Assembly (NCBI RefSeq): GCF_030684315.1
Contig: NC_081379.1
Location: 23,032,637-23,096,636 of the forward strand
From: Stegostoma tigrinum
Taxonomy: Eukaryota
DNA length: 64,000 nucleotides
Direction: 5' to 3'
Position 1 is the stretch's first letter; each line of letters begins with the position of its first letter. The notes below the pieces were generated by a model, which made no database searches, was not told the origin of the DNA, and worked only from the letters and a program-made list of their open reading frames with translations. Below, piece after piece: positions 39,620-52,770 of the stretch. Made by a program: the position numbers and the translations under genes.

Positions 39620-41534
39620 ATTGTATCAATTTTTGTGTCTTTGGACTTTGATTTTAAATAATATGTATTTAAATTTTTTTTAACTAACAGCAAGGGATGT
39701 GTTTGAGATGCATCTCATTCTTCATCCATTTAAAATTCTAAGATTGTTCTGTTGCAATATCTAACTGCTGTTGAAATTATTCTAGACATCTTCCTTAACT
39801 ACTCTATCCGTAACATTATTCCATATAGCAATCACTCTGTATGAATAAGATTTTCATGATATCAGTCTTAAAATTACTTTTTACTAGTTTGAATCTGTGA
39901 CCCTAATTTCTCTCCAGTTTAAAGTAATATTCTGGATGAGCTTCCTATACCATCAACAAACCTTTAAACATTCTTTATCAACTAATTTTATCCTTGTTTA
40001 TTGTTATTACCAAAGCTACAGGAGTTCATTGGACCAGCTGAACTGGTCATAACATACAGTTAAAAATATTTTTTCCCCAGTTAAAGAGTGCCAATTAAAA
40101 CCTTTATCTCTTTTGGATCTTAAATAAAAAGATCTCTATCAACCATATTCTTTTATAATAAATGCAAAATTATTTGGTTTATTAAGCACATCTGAGTAAA
40201 TGAAGAAAATACAAAACTGGATAACACATATAATATTAAAGTATCGGGTAAAGGGTAAGAAAACCAATTTCTCCACAGAGATTGACTTTTAAGGGGAAAT
40301 AAAATCTTCACCAAATGAAGAGGAAAAAGATCAGGTATGAACTGTTCCTATTTAATTTTGTCTAGTAGGCTGGTACTCCTAGCTTATCAAACATATGGTA
40401 GACATAGTTTGGTAAGAAAGTACAGTATTCAGGTGTTCCTTCAATCAACCCATCAAATCTTCCAGAAAAACAAATAGACATTACCACACCCTGGGATGTA
40501 GGGGTACATCAGGGCCTAATAACCAGGGCTTGGGTAGGCACAGATGATGAGCAGCACTGCAGCTCTTGATTTCTTTCGCCCTGACTGTTAAAGCATTCTC
40601 ATTTATGTATAAACATGGAAGATCAGCTGAACAGCCTCTTCCTTACGGGCTTTCACTACAGCTGAAAACCAGAACAAACTATAAACCAAACACTGCTCAA
40701 ACAACCCTTAGCAGGAAGTCTCCAGCAAAAAAGCAGTTAGTGCATGTTAAGTAATTCCTAATATGATGTGAAATATGTGATTATATATTTTAATATAACT
40801 TACTTTATAAAGAGTTTGGATTTTCTAGTGGCATGTTGTCAGTATTTCTAGAGCCAGTTTATTCTTAACTAGTATGAGAATGGAAACCTCTAGAGTAATG
40901 ATGGGAATTAGTTTGCATTGCAAGATAATAAATGTAATTCAGGCATATATTCTTTTAAACGTGAACCATTATTCTACCGTCAACACCTTTAATATGCTTA
41001 CCCAATCCATTGTTGCCAAATTGTGGTCCATACTCTTACAGTTTCCTATATTTAAGTTTAGGAGCCTAGATTTGAATTTGACTCCTTCATTCTCCATCTT
41101 AAAGAGGAATTCTATCACATAATGGTTGCTCTCTCCCAAGTGACCCCCCCCCCCACAATAAGATTGTTAATTAATCCAAATGTACCCAGTTTAGAACACT
41201 TTTATTCCTCAACATATTGGTCTTAAAAAATGTTGTGTACACACACCAGGACATCCTTGTCCTCTATTATTGGTAATTTGGTTTGTCCAGACTATATGTA
41301 AATTTAAAATGCCCATGGTTACAGTTGTACCCTTAATGCATGCGTGTTTGAATTCTGGCTGAATGTCTTCCCTTACGTCTCTGCTACTGTTTGGACAACA
41401 CCCAACAATATTTCTTACCTCCACCCCTACATATCATGACTTTCCAAGCTGATTTCTTTGCTATTTCATTTAACTCCTTAACAATGCAACCTATATCCAT
41501 CCTTTTATTGTCTGTCCCTTCTAAAGAGTGAATA

Positions 41535-42320
41535 CTCACCTTCTTCATAAGGTCAGAAGTGTGGTTCAGCACCATTCAAGACTCCTTGGATATTGAAGTA
41601 GTCCATCTGGACAATATCCTGACAAGTAGCAAATAACATCCTTGCCACGTAAATGCCAGACAACAACCATGTCCAATAGGAGACAAATAACAACTGTCCC
41701 TTGACATTCATTTACCATCACTGAACCCCTGCTACTATCAACATCTTTGGGGTTAACATTGACAAGAAACTCAACTCGACTTGCCATATAAATACAGTAG
41801 CTACAAGAACAGGTCAGAGACTAGGAATACTGTGGCAAGTCATTCCTCTGCCTTCCTCAAAGCCTGTGTACCATCTACAAAGCACAAATCAGTCCCCACT
41901 TGTCTGGATGAGTGTAGCTGCAACAACACTTGGAAGCTTGACGCATTCAGGACAAAGCAACCTATTGACACAACATCCACTGCCTCCGCTTATGTTCAGT
42001 AGCAGCAGGATGTACTATCTATAAGATGCACTGCAGAAATTCATTAAATATCCTTAGCACCTTCCTAACCCATGGCTGTTTTTTCTAGAGCAACAAAGAC
42101 AGCAGATACTTTGGAACACTATCAGCTGCAATTTCTCTTCATTGTCGCTGGGTTAAATTTCTGGAATTCCCTCCCTAAGGATATTGAGAGTCATCCTTCA
42201 GCACATGAACTACGGCGGTTCAAAAAGACAGCCTAACACCACCATCTCAGGGACAACTAGAGATGGGCAATAAATACTGGCCAGACAGCAACACCGATGC
42301 CCCACAAGTGAATTAAACGA
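41535..42320 (+). mobile_element. CR1/L2-group LINE 3' fragment inside a minus-strand CR1 remnant (~41080-42640)
   Basis: Colinear with 7086-7998 apart from the inversion there; flanks encode endonuclease-like NIQNKVDELAVQMDLSEYNVVVISDSWL. Confidence 0.7.
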
Positions 42321-42692
42321 AAAGTTTAGTTCCCATCCTTGGTAACCCTGCAGCCATGAATCTGAAATCACAACTACATTATATTCACTTAAGTCCATTT
42401 GCACTGCTAATTCATCTACCTTATTTTGAATGTTCATTCACATTAAGACACAAGTCTTTAACCTTGTCTTTTCTAACCATGTTAATCATCTTGGCTTTAT
42501 TTTGCATTACAGCCACATTTTTTTCTGTCTTCCACATTTGCCTTTTACTTTTGTCTTTTGTTTCTATACTTGTTTCTCCCTTCTGTCATCTTGCTAAGGT
42601 TCTCAGCCCCTTGCCATTCTAGTTCGAAGTGTCCACTTGCTCTTTGCTTTTTGTAATTGTCAACAGTGTGATATATATATACAGTGTGATTG

Positions 42693-42720
<28 letters not shown>
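42693..42720. repeat. (AT)n microsatellite
   Basis: About 14 perfect AT units. Confidence 0.95.
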
Positions 42721-42723
<3 letters not shown>

Positions 42724-42789
42724 TGTCATTTTGTTTATTCTAGTCTTCAACTATATGCAAACACCTTAAAATATAATAAATTTTAAAAC

Positions 42790-43146
42790 TTGTTTTATGG
42801 GATTTAGACAGTGCTCGCACTGTTAGTATTTGTTTCCCATCCCTAATTGCTCCTTGAACTGAGTGGCTTGCTAGACCACCTCACTAGAAAACAGTTAACA
42901 ATCAATCATATTACCTTGGGTCCAGAGTCACATGTACACTGGACTAGGTAGGCACAGCAGATTTCCCTTCCTGAAGGATATTAGTGAGCAAGATGAATTT
43001 TTATGATAATTGTTACTAGTTTTACAGTCTCGGTTATTGAAGGTAGTTTTCAATTCCAGAATTATTAATTTAATTTAAATTCCACCAACTGTCATCATTA
43101 GCCTGGGTTTGTGAATTGCTAATCCAATAACATTACCACTATGCCA
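42790..43146 (-). mobile_element. tRNA-derived SINE with LINE-like tail
   Basis: Reverse complement resembles 48810-49111. Confidence 0.6.
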
Positions 43147-45110
43147 TCATTACCTAAATAAGCTGCAGATGGAACAGAAATTCCAGCCGTTCTCAATGCC
43201 GCAAACTCCAGTAGCTCCAAAAATGTACTGTTAGATCAAAAATAATGGGAAGTTGACAAATATTTTTTTTTAAAAATTAACATGGGCAAAGGGACAAGGA
43301 AATTTGATTATGTAAATAACTTGGGTGTAATGGCTTACTCTGTTATAATATTCAAATGATGTTGGCAACCTTCCGTCCCAGTGCCTTGTTCCCTCAACCA
43401 AGTTGAGCCCATACGCCTTGCTCAACAAGGGCATAACCCAACCTCTGTCTCAGTCATGTGCATTGCAGCAACTTCTAAACAATACCACCCTCGGCATGAC
43501 TTTCTTGTCTTAGCAGAATCCACGTCTAGCCTAGTAATATTTTCTTCAATATTGCAACATGTGCTCTATTGTTAAAAGTTTTGAAAATCAGTTTGAGGAA
43601 TTCTATAACGATGAAACACATATGACACATAAAGGAAGAGAAACTTGAGTGGAAGAGAAGTGGAAAATAATTGGTTCAAATATGAAGAGTTGTCATTACA
43701 CCATACCCCAGTCAGATTCAACACATTTAAGAATAGAGGTAGGCAATGGAGGGTAAAAATTAGCAAAAGAACATGGCATGTTATACCTCTGCAAAATAAT
43801 GTACTTTTTTTCTCTCTACTCATGGTTGAAATTTTGCTTTGTGAGAAAGCTTTCCATTATTTAAAAGGTGATCTTCAATGAATCATATGATTAAGTTTCA
43901 TTTAGTTCCTGTTATGAGTAAGACCAAGTCTTCCAGTGTCACTTTCAATAATTAAATAATTGAACAGGAACTCAAGTGAAGTAGAACTGACGATACTTTT
44001 TTTAGATTTGTTTAAAAAGTTACAATTGATTCACATTCTTTCAGTATTTTGCAGGCATTTGTTCCTAGACTTGCCAATGTACAAGTAGTGAGTTGTTGGA
44101 TATATATGTGACCAGCTCAAGAAACTCACAGCATTATTTAGAACCACCCTCTGTGGCACAGCCAAAATACCCACACCTTATGGGCATTAGATATAATGTA
44201 AAAAGATCACCACCACAGCAAATTTATTACTTTGGAAAGTGTCATGAGATGACATTTGAAGTGTAGTGAAATGGGAAAAAGCAGTGTTTTAGTAATGTGG
44301 TATAATGTCCATAGACTATATTTATTCTGGTCTATCTTTACAGAAAATGTCATTGTGAATGTACAATGCAGAAACCATTAACTAAGCTTGCTTGCATTAG
44401 TGAGTGGCAGATAAGGTTTGTGTGTTAAAGTACGAAAGATCACATCCTGCATAGAACCAAGTCACTATGCTAGCTAATTTTCAATTTTTTGATGATAATT
44501 GTGTTACGTTTTGTGTAACAAGTTGTGTATGGATTAAATGTAGAATTAATACCTACCAATGCATTAAAAGAAAATAATATGCAAAAACATTTGAAATTAT
44601 ATTATTAACCAGAATTATAAAGTTTACAAAAAATACCTGAGTACCAAGGAAATACAAGTGCCTTGAATGCCATCTCAAGTTTTGTTTCATGCTTAATACC
44701 TTTTTGAAGTTTTCATGTTGAAGTTTTACAAGAACTCTTCATATTTTCCATGATCTTTGCCAAGCTTCTATTGTGCAATTTAAGAGATTATTTTAGAACA
44801 ACACTACATCAGCCATAAAATAAGAACTGCAGATGGGAGAAAACTAGCTTTATTGATGAAACACAGAGGGATAACATCCCTGAACATGTTGTAATGTCAT
44901 GCTTAAAAATGTTAAGCATATCCCGTTGTCTTGTCGTTATTATAAAGAAAAATAATGTGAAGGAAAGAAAGAACATTTCGCTATTTTCCTTAATCTTTTT
45001 TGGCAAGAATAGACTCATATGCATAATCGGCAGTACATAAGGAAGCAGACAACAGGCTCTGGTCCCAACTATACAGTTTCTTTCTTTCCTGAAATAGACT
45101 GTATTCTGAC

Positions 45111-46295
45111 TTTTTTTCTAATAATAAACTTCTTTATTTTGGCAAGACTTATTTAGGCCTGGCCAACTGGGTTTTAACGAAACAAACCAAAGCTCATATC
45201 ATCATCCGATTGTTCAGACTCTTCCTTCTTTAACTTCTTCACTTCCTCTTTGACAACAGCTGGAGAACCCTCAACCACGGGGGCCACAAAAGTCAACAGA
45301 TTAGCCAAGGAAGCCATCACGTTTTCAGCTAATGGGAAACAGTAATCTGTCTCTAAAGCAATAGTTAGCACCATCGTGTAGCTGTTGATGGAGTGTTAAA
45401 TAGAGGCAATGATTAAATAACCAATCTGCAGCATACATCAGAGAAGCAGGAAGTCTGATGTTTCGGGCCTAGACCCTTCTTCAGAAACGTCAGCCTTCCT
45501 GCTCCTCTGATGCTGCTTGGCCTGCTGTGTTCATCCAGCTCCACACCTTGTTATTCTCAGATTCTCCAGCATCTGCAGTTCCTCCTATTTCTGCAGCATA
45601 CACTGGTCATGTTTGCAAATTCCATTCAGGAAACATTTCTGCAGTTTCTTTAGAGATATCCAGGACCTTACGGTTGTACACACGGCTATTTTCATAAACT
45701 TGCATGATCAGCAAGGCCATTGGAAAAAGGACAGATGGTCAACATTATCAGCAGGTGGCTTCACTAGCTCCCAAATTGTCAACAACCTTGATGAGGTGTA
45801 CATCACTCAAAATTTCAGTGGTACCTCTGAAGATCTTAGTGGTGACACCCAAAGTTTGGCAGAAGGACGTTTTCTCAGGATCTAAACTCGTATTTTAACT
45901 TGACACGGTAAACTCACAAGGGACAATCACCATGTGCAGCAGCTGGTCACGGACTTCACTCAAATCCTCCTTGATGAATACAAAGTCAATGTTTCTACGC
46001 ATATGTAATAGAAGTGTTTCCAGACCAAGATTATTCTCCAGATGTCCTCAAATGGCATTGCACATTATGGTATTCTTACCCATCAGTTCAATGACCTTAT
46101 CACACAGCGATATCTGTATAAGGGCTGCATCTGTTTAGATCCAACATTGCTAAACATTTTGGCTAGTCATCCAACAGTTAAAAGTTTTCAAAAAGTTGTT
46201 AGACTTCCACATAGTTCTGTCTTCCGTGGGCATCTTTATGTGCTTCCAAGGATTGCCACTGACTGGTATAAAGACAAGATTTTACTTGAGCTCCA
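45111..46295 (-). pseudogene. RPLP0: Processed pseudogene of 60S acidic ribosomal protein P0
   Basis: ATG at 46233, MPTEDRTMWKSNNFLK...KNTIMCNAI.GHLENN...EESEQSDDDMSFGLF (stop 45174-45176); intronless, frameshifted; AATAAA at 45133-45138 and short poly(A) remnant. Confidence 0.93.
45438..45589 (+). mobile_element. 152-bp PLE family 1 micro fold-back inserted into the RPLP0 pseudogene
   Basis: Inverted arm 45438-45484 carrying the hammerhead core on minus, forward arm starting at GAAACGTC plus tail; TSD TCTGCAGCATACA at 45425-45437 and 45590-45602. Confidence 0.85.
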
Positions 46296-46650
46296 GACAG
46301 AAATATTTTTATAATATTGAATTAAATATAGCTATGTGGAAGTTGTTGTTGGAATATCCTGCAGGAGGAGCTAAGTCCAAAGCAAAACTAAAATATCACT
46401 AGTCAAACTGTTAATTATTTCTGTATATTCAAATTGAAGTTCAGCACTTACTATTCTAGTTAATAGTTTATTATTTGTGAAAATAATTCATGTGATCATG
46501 AGCACATATTTCTAGAAGCCAGCCGACAAATCTAATTACACCACACCATTGACCCAAATGAAAACTGATTTAGCATTTTCACAAATCCCTTAGCCCTATC
46601 TTAATATCTGCAGATTATCTTCTCTAAAACTAATCTGCTTCCATTGCTTC

Positions 46651-48710
46651 AGAGATAGCAGGAACTGCAGATGCTGGAGAATCTGAGATAACAAGGTGCA
46701 GAGCTAGACGAACACAGCAGCCCAAGCAGCATCATAGGAGCAGGAAGGCTGACATTTTCAGCCTAGACCCTTCTTCAGAAATAGTGGAGGGAAAGGGGGT
46801 TCTGAAATAAATAGGGAGAGAGTGGGAGGTGGATAGAAGATGGAAAGCAGAGAAGATATGTGGAAAGGAGACAAACAGATCAAAGAGACGGGGATGGAGC
46901 CAGTAGAGGTGAGTGTAGTTGGGGAGGTAGGGAGGGGATAGGTCAGTCCAGGGAGGACGGACAGTTCAAGGGGCCAGGAAGAGGTTAGTAGCTGGGAGAT
47001 GGGGGGTGGGGCTTGGAGTAGGAGGAGGGGATAGGTGGGAGGAAGGACAGGTTAGGGAGGTGGGGACGAGTTGGGCTGGTTTTGGGATGCAGTTGGGGGA
47101 GGGGAGATTTCGAAGCTTGTGAAATCCGCATTGATACCATTGGGCTGCATTGGGCATGCCTGCATCTTCATAGGTTATGTGGAACAATCCCTCTTCTGTA
47201 GCTACACTGGCCCTAATCCCCACCTCTTCCTCCGTTACATTGATGACTGTATCGGTGCTGCATTGTGCTCCCACAAGGAGATCGAACAGTTCATCCACTT
47301 CACCAACACTTTCCACCCCAACCTTAAGTTCACCTGGGCCATGTCCAATACTTCTCTCTCCTTCCTGGACTTCCCTGTCACCATCTCTGTCAACACCTAG
47401 AAACCGATATCCATTTCAAGCCCACCAACTCCTACAGCTACCTAGAATACCCCTCCTCCCACCCACCTTCCTGCAAAAATGCCATCCCCATTCTCAATTC
47501 CTTCACCTCTGCTGCATCTGCTCCCAGGATGAGGCATTTCACACCCATACATCTCAGATGTCCTCATTTTTCAAGGACTGCAACATCCCCACTTCAGTGG
47601 TCGAGGACACCCTTGACCATGTGTCCCACATTTCCCACAACTCATCCCTCACATCTCCTCCCCGCAATAACAACTAAAACAGAATCCCCCTCATCCTCAC
47701 GTACCACCCCACCAACCACCGGATCCAAATCATCCTCCAACACCTCCGCCATCTGCAATCCAACCCCACCACCAAAGAGATTTTTCCCTCCCCACCCTTA
47801 TCTGCTTTCCGGAGAGACCACTCTCTCTGTGACTCACTTGTCTGCTCCACACTCCCCTCCAGCCCCACCACACCCGGCACTTTTCCCTGCAACCGCAGGA
47901 AGTGCTACACTTGCCCCCACACCTCCTCCCTCACCCCCATCCCAGGCCCCAAGAAGATTTTCCACATCAAGCCAATGTTCACCTGCACATCTGCTAATGT
48001 GCTATACTACATCGCTGTTCCTGTTGTGGCCTCCTCTACATCGGGGAAACCAAGCGGAGGTTTGGGAATTGCTTTGCAGAACACCTACGCTCAGTTTGAA
48101 CAAAACAACTGCGCCTCCCAGTCACAAACCATTTCAACTCCCCCTCCCATTCCACAGACAACATGTCCACCCTGGGCCTCTTGCAGTGCGACAAAGATGC
48201 CACCCGGAGATTGCAGGAACAGCACCTCATATTCCGCTTGGGAACCCTGCAGCCCAATGGTATCAATGCGGATTTCACAAGCTTCTAAATCTCCCCTCCC
48301 CCAACTGCATCCCAAAACCAGCCCAGCTCGTCCCCGCGTCCCTAACCTGTCCTTCCTCCCACCTATCCCCTCCTCCTACTCCAAGCCCCACCCCCCATCT
48401 CCCAGCTACTAACCTCTTCCTGGCCCCTTGAACTGTCCGTCCTCCCTGGACTGACCTATCCCCTCCCTACCTCCCCACCTACACTCACCTCTACTGGCTC
48501 CATCTCCATCTCTTTGATCTGTTGGTCTCCTCTCCACCTATCTTCTCTGCTATCCATCTTCTATCCACCTCCCACTCTCTCCCTATTTATTTCAGAATCC
48601 TCTTCCCCTCCACCATTTCTGAAGAAGGGTCGGGGCCCCAAATGTCAGCCTTCCTGCTCCTATGATGCTGCTTGGTCTGCTGTGTTCATCCAGCTCTGCA
48701 CCTCATTATC
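46651..48710 (+). mobile_element. Penelope-like element B: short tailed arm on minus (46651-47149), long tail-less arm on plus (~47156-48710) with RT C-terminus and GIY-YIG
   Basis: FLRYIDDCIG...FTNTFHPNLKFT...LSFLD; endonuclease remnant; TSD tctgcttcc(a/t)ttgct at 46634-46648 and 48711-48725. Confidence 0.9.
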
Positions 48711-48809
48711 TCTGCTTCCTTTGCTATTCTGAGTTCTCTGTGTTTTGGTCCCTTGACTCCTCTGCAATTGGCTGAGCTATTAGAAGTCTCAGCTTGGCAC
48801 TTGGAGGAA

Positions 48810-49111
48810 AGGACAGTGATGGCCTAGTGGTATTATCACTAGACTCCTAATTCAAAGACCTTATGTCTGGTCATGTTCTGGGAACTTGGGTTCAAATCCC
48901 CACTATGGAAAATTTTAAATTTAATAAAAATCTGAAATCAAAATTGGAAAATCTCATTTGGTTCACTAATGTCCTTTAGAGAAGGGAAATCTGCTAACCT
49001 TAGTTGGTATGGCTTACATGTGATTCCAGACCTACAGCAATGTGACTCTTACCTTCTGGGTAATTAGGGATGGGCAGTAAGCGATGCCAACATTCCATGA
49101 ACAAATAAAAA
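48810..49111 (+). mobile_element. tRNA-derived SINE with LINE-like tail
   Basis: tggcctagtgg (A box), gggttcaaatccc (B box); tail gggatgggcagtaa...ccatgaacaaataaaaa resembles LINE ends at ~7990 and ~42300. Confidence 0.65.
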
Positions 49112-50234
49112 CAGCTTGTCAAAACCCTACCGCATGGCAATTTCTTCCACATGATGCTTATTCAAAACAAATAGTTTTCCAATGGCTGACCTTTTGATTC
49201 CTTCCATGATTTCAAAAGAATACATTTGGACATCCTAGACTTCATAATTCATTCATTTGCCTTGTTCCCACTGATGGAGTTTTTACCCAACATTGTTTTG
49301 AGTTTTCAGTAGTGCAGATGTGATAAGCTCATTTCATGCATATCATACAGTTAAAAAATTAATGTTGTAATGCAGTATTTTCAGCATTTATCTTTCAAGT
49401 TATGCAGTTAATAAATATTTGAACTGGCTACCTTTCTAAGGATGAATTGCTGAAAATAAAACAGTGTTTTGCCTTTCTAGATCAGTTTGCCAATTTTAGA
49501 GAGAAAAGGGAAATCAGTGGTGGAATTCTTTCGTGCACTGCTCAATTATTCCTTCAGTGGAGTAGCCAAGACTGAGAGGAGTTGCTAGCATTTGGGAGCA
49601 TCATGAAATAGATCTGTCTAGCTTCCCTGTTTCTGAAGGCAGTGTGGTCAAAGAAACTAATGAAAGAAAATGACACAGGGAAAGTCAGAAAACAGAAACA
49701 GCTATTCAGGTTTTTAAAATATATTATTGTGACTAGTATTTACTGTATATTTGACCAAACTTTTAGATTTGATGCAAAGATTTATTTTAAAGTATTTAGA
49801 TTTAGAATTCTATGATGGAGATACATGGAGCTATTAATATGACTTCAAAATATGGCAGAAAGTAATTGTGTTGAAAATAATAACCACACTTCGAAATAAT
49901 ACAAGATGTATTATGTTGAAAGCAAGCAGGCAAATTAGCAATGGTGCACTGAAAATATGTAATTGAATAACTGCAAATGTATTCGCCACAAATACACAGT
50001 ATTCTCTAATTGTCTTTGATTTTGTTGTCTTATCAATCATGTAGCAGTATTATTCTGTAGTGACTGATTCATATAATTTACAGGAAGGCATATACTTCTG
50101 CTCTTTGGAATTAATCATTGATCATATAGGACACTTTCACTCAGATATCTTGACATTTTTCTTGCTAAACTCCCATTCTTTACTCAGCATAAACTCAAAT
50201 TTGTCTAGAATATTGTGGATCAAAGTAACTGTAC

Positions 50235-52770
50235 GTAAGACCAGAAGACATAAGTGCTGAATTAGGCCATTCAACCATCAAGTCTGCTCTGCCAGTCGAT
50301 CACAGCTGATAGGTTTCTCAACCCACTTTCCTGGCTGCTCCTTAATCCCCTAACTAATCAAGAGCCTATCTGTCTCTGTCTTAACTACACTCAAAGACTT
50401 GACCACCACAGCCGTCTGCAGCAATGAGGTCCACAGTCATCACTGTCTGGATGAAGAAATTCCTCCTCATCTCAGTTCTGAAGGGGCGTCTCTTTAACCT
50501 GAGGCTATGCCCCTGGGTCCTGGTCTTACCTCCTAGTGGAGGCATCTTCTCCACATCCACTCTGTTTTTGCCTCTCAGTATCCTATAATTTTCAATCCCC
50601 CATTCCCCTTCATCCTTCTAAACTCCATCAAGTACAGACCCAGAGTCCTCTTCATATGACAAGCCCTTCAATCCTAGGACAATTGTTGTAAACCTCCCGT
50701 GGTCACCCACCAATGCCAGCACATCCTTCCCTAAAAATGGGCCAAAACTGCTCACAATCTTCCAAACTCGGTCTGACCAGAACCTTATACAGCTTCAGCC
50801 ATACATTTCCACTCTTCCATTCCAGCCCTCTTGGAATGAATGTTAACATTGCATTTGTCTTCCTAATCACCAATTAACCTACATGTTAACCTTAAGAGAA
50901 CCCTGAACTGGGGCTCCCAAGTCTCTTTGCACTTCAGATTTTCAAAGCCATTCCCTGTTTAGAAAATAGTTTATACGTCTATTCTTCCTACTAAAATGTA
51001 TAACCTCACACTTCACCACATTATATTCCATCTGCCACTTCTTTACCCACTCTCCTAGCCTGTCCAAGTCCTTCTGCAATCTCCCTGCTTCCTCAACACT
51101 ATCTGCCACTTCTTTACCCACTCCTTTAGCCTGTCCAAGTCCTACTGCAACCTCCCTGCTTCCTCAACACTATCTGCCACTTCTTTACCCATTCTCCTAG
51201 CATGTCCAAGTACTTCTGCAACCTCCCTGTTTCCTCAACACTATCTGCTCCTCCATCTGCCTTTGTGTCATCTCCAAACTTAGCAACAATTCTCTTAGTT
51301 TCTTTGTCCAGATCGTTAATGCGTAATGTGAATAGTTGTAGTTCCAAAACTGACCCTGGAAAAGCTCCTCTAGTCACCGGCTGCCATCTTGAAAACAATT
51401 CTTTTATCTCCACTCTCTGTTTCTCCCAACCAGGAAATCCTCTATCCATGCCAGTACCTTGCCTCCTAACACCATAGGTTCTAATCTTATTCAGAAACAT
51501 CTTGTTTAAGGCCTGCTGGAAATCCAAATAGATTAAATCAACTGGCTGTCCTTCGTCTAATTTCCTCATTACATCCTCAAAGAATTCTAACAGATTTGTC
51601 AGGCATGACTTCTCTTTGACAATGCTACACTGACTGCACCCTATTTTATCCTGCACTTGCAAGTATTCTGCAATATTAGCCTTAGAAATGGACTGCTAAA
51701 ATCTGACCAATGACTGAGGTCAGACTAAATGGTCTATAGTTTCGAGTCTTCTGCCTGCCTCCCTGACTCCAATGATTCCTGAAAGATCACCACCAATGCC
51801 TACACAATATCCTCATCTATTTTCTTCAAAACTCTCAGGATGTAATCTATCTGGTTTGGGTGATTTATCCACTATTAGATTTTCAGCTTCCCCAGCATCT
51901 TCTTCTTACTGACGGTCACTACCCTCATCTCTGCCCCGATTCTCCTGAAGTTCAAGTATGTTGCTGGTGTCTTTCACAGTGAAACCTGATGCAAAGTATC
52001 TATTCCTCTGTCAGTTCTTTGTTCCCTGTTACTACTTCACCAGCCTCATTTTCCAGCAGTCCAATGTGCACTCTTGCCCTTGTCTTACCTTTTAGATATC
52101 TAGAACACTCTTGCAACTTTCTTTCTTGTTGCTAGCTAGCTTATTTTTATATATCATCTTCTCCTCCTCTTACTGCTTTTTCAGTTAACCTCTGCTGTTT
52201 TTAAGGTGTTCCCAATTCTCTGGCTTCTTGCTAATCTTCACCACATTGTATGCTTTCTCTTTTGCTATTGTAGTGTTCCCAACCTTCTTTCTCAGCCAAA
52301 GTTGCTTTATCCTCTCTTCAATATGTTTTGTCTTCCTTAGGAGGAATTCCTGCTGTACCTCCCAAATTACCCCCCAGAAACTCCTGCCAATACTGTTCCA
52401 CTGGCTTTCATCCCAGGCTTTCCTTCCAATCAACTGTGGCCTGCTGTTTCTTCATGTTTTTGTAGTTACTTTTACTCAGTTCTAATATTGATACATCCGA
52501 CACATTCTCTCTCTCTCAAACTGCAGGGTGAATTCTATTATGTTATGGTCACTGCTGCCTGGGGTTCCTTCACCTTCAGCTCCCTATTCAAGTATGCCTC
52601 ATTACACATCACCAAATCCAGAACTACCTGTTCCCTAGTGGGCTGTACCAGAAGCTGCTCTAAAAAATCCATCTCTTAGACATTCTGTGAATTCTTTTTC
52701 TTGAGAACTGCTACCAGCCTGATTTTCCCAGTCCACCTGCATATTGACCACATGATTATTGTAATAGTGC
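50235..52770 (-). mobile_element. CR1 LINE, ~2.5 kb of decayed ORF2 plus 3' end
   Basis: KSCLTNLLEFFEDV...VDLIYLDFQQALNK...KFGDDTK. Confidence 0.85.
51030..51248. repeat. Three tandem copies of a 71-bp unit within the CR1
   Basis: atctgc recurs at 51030, 51101, 51172 and 51243; units differ by a few substitutions. Confidence 0.9.

Noticed and set aside
47529-48431. 300-aa Pro/Ser/Thr-rich ORF as a novel gene
   Set aside because: Alternative frame of the C-rich PLE strand; the RT/EN frame is the meaningful one and is disrupted
51030-51248. CRISPR-like array
   Set aside because: Contiguous tandem units with no unique spacers, inside a LINE, in eukaryotic DNA
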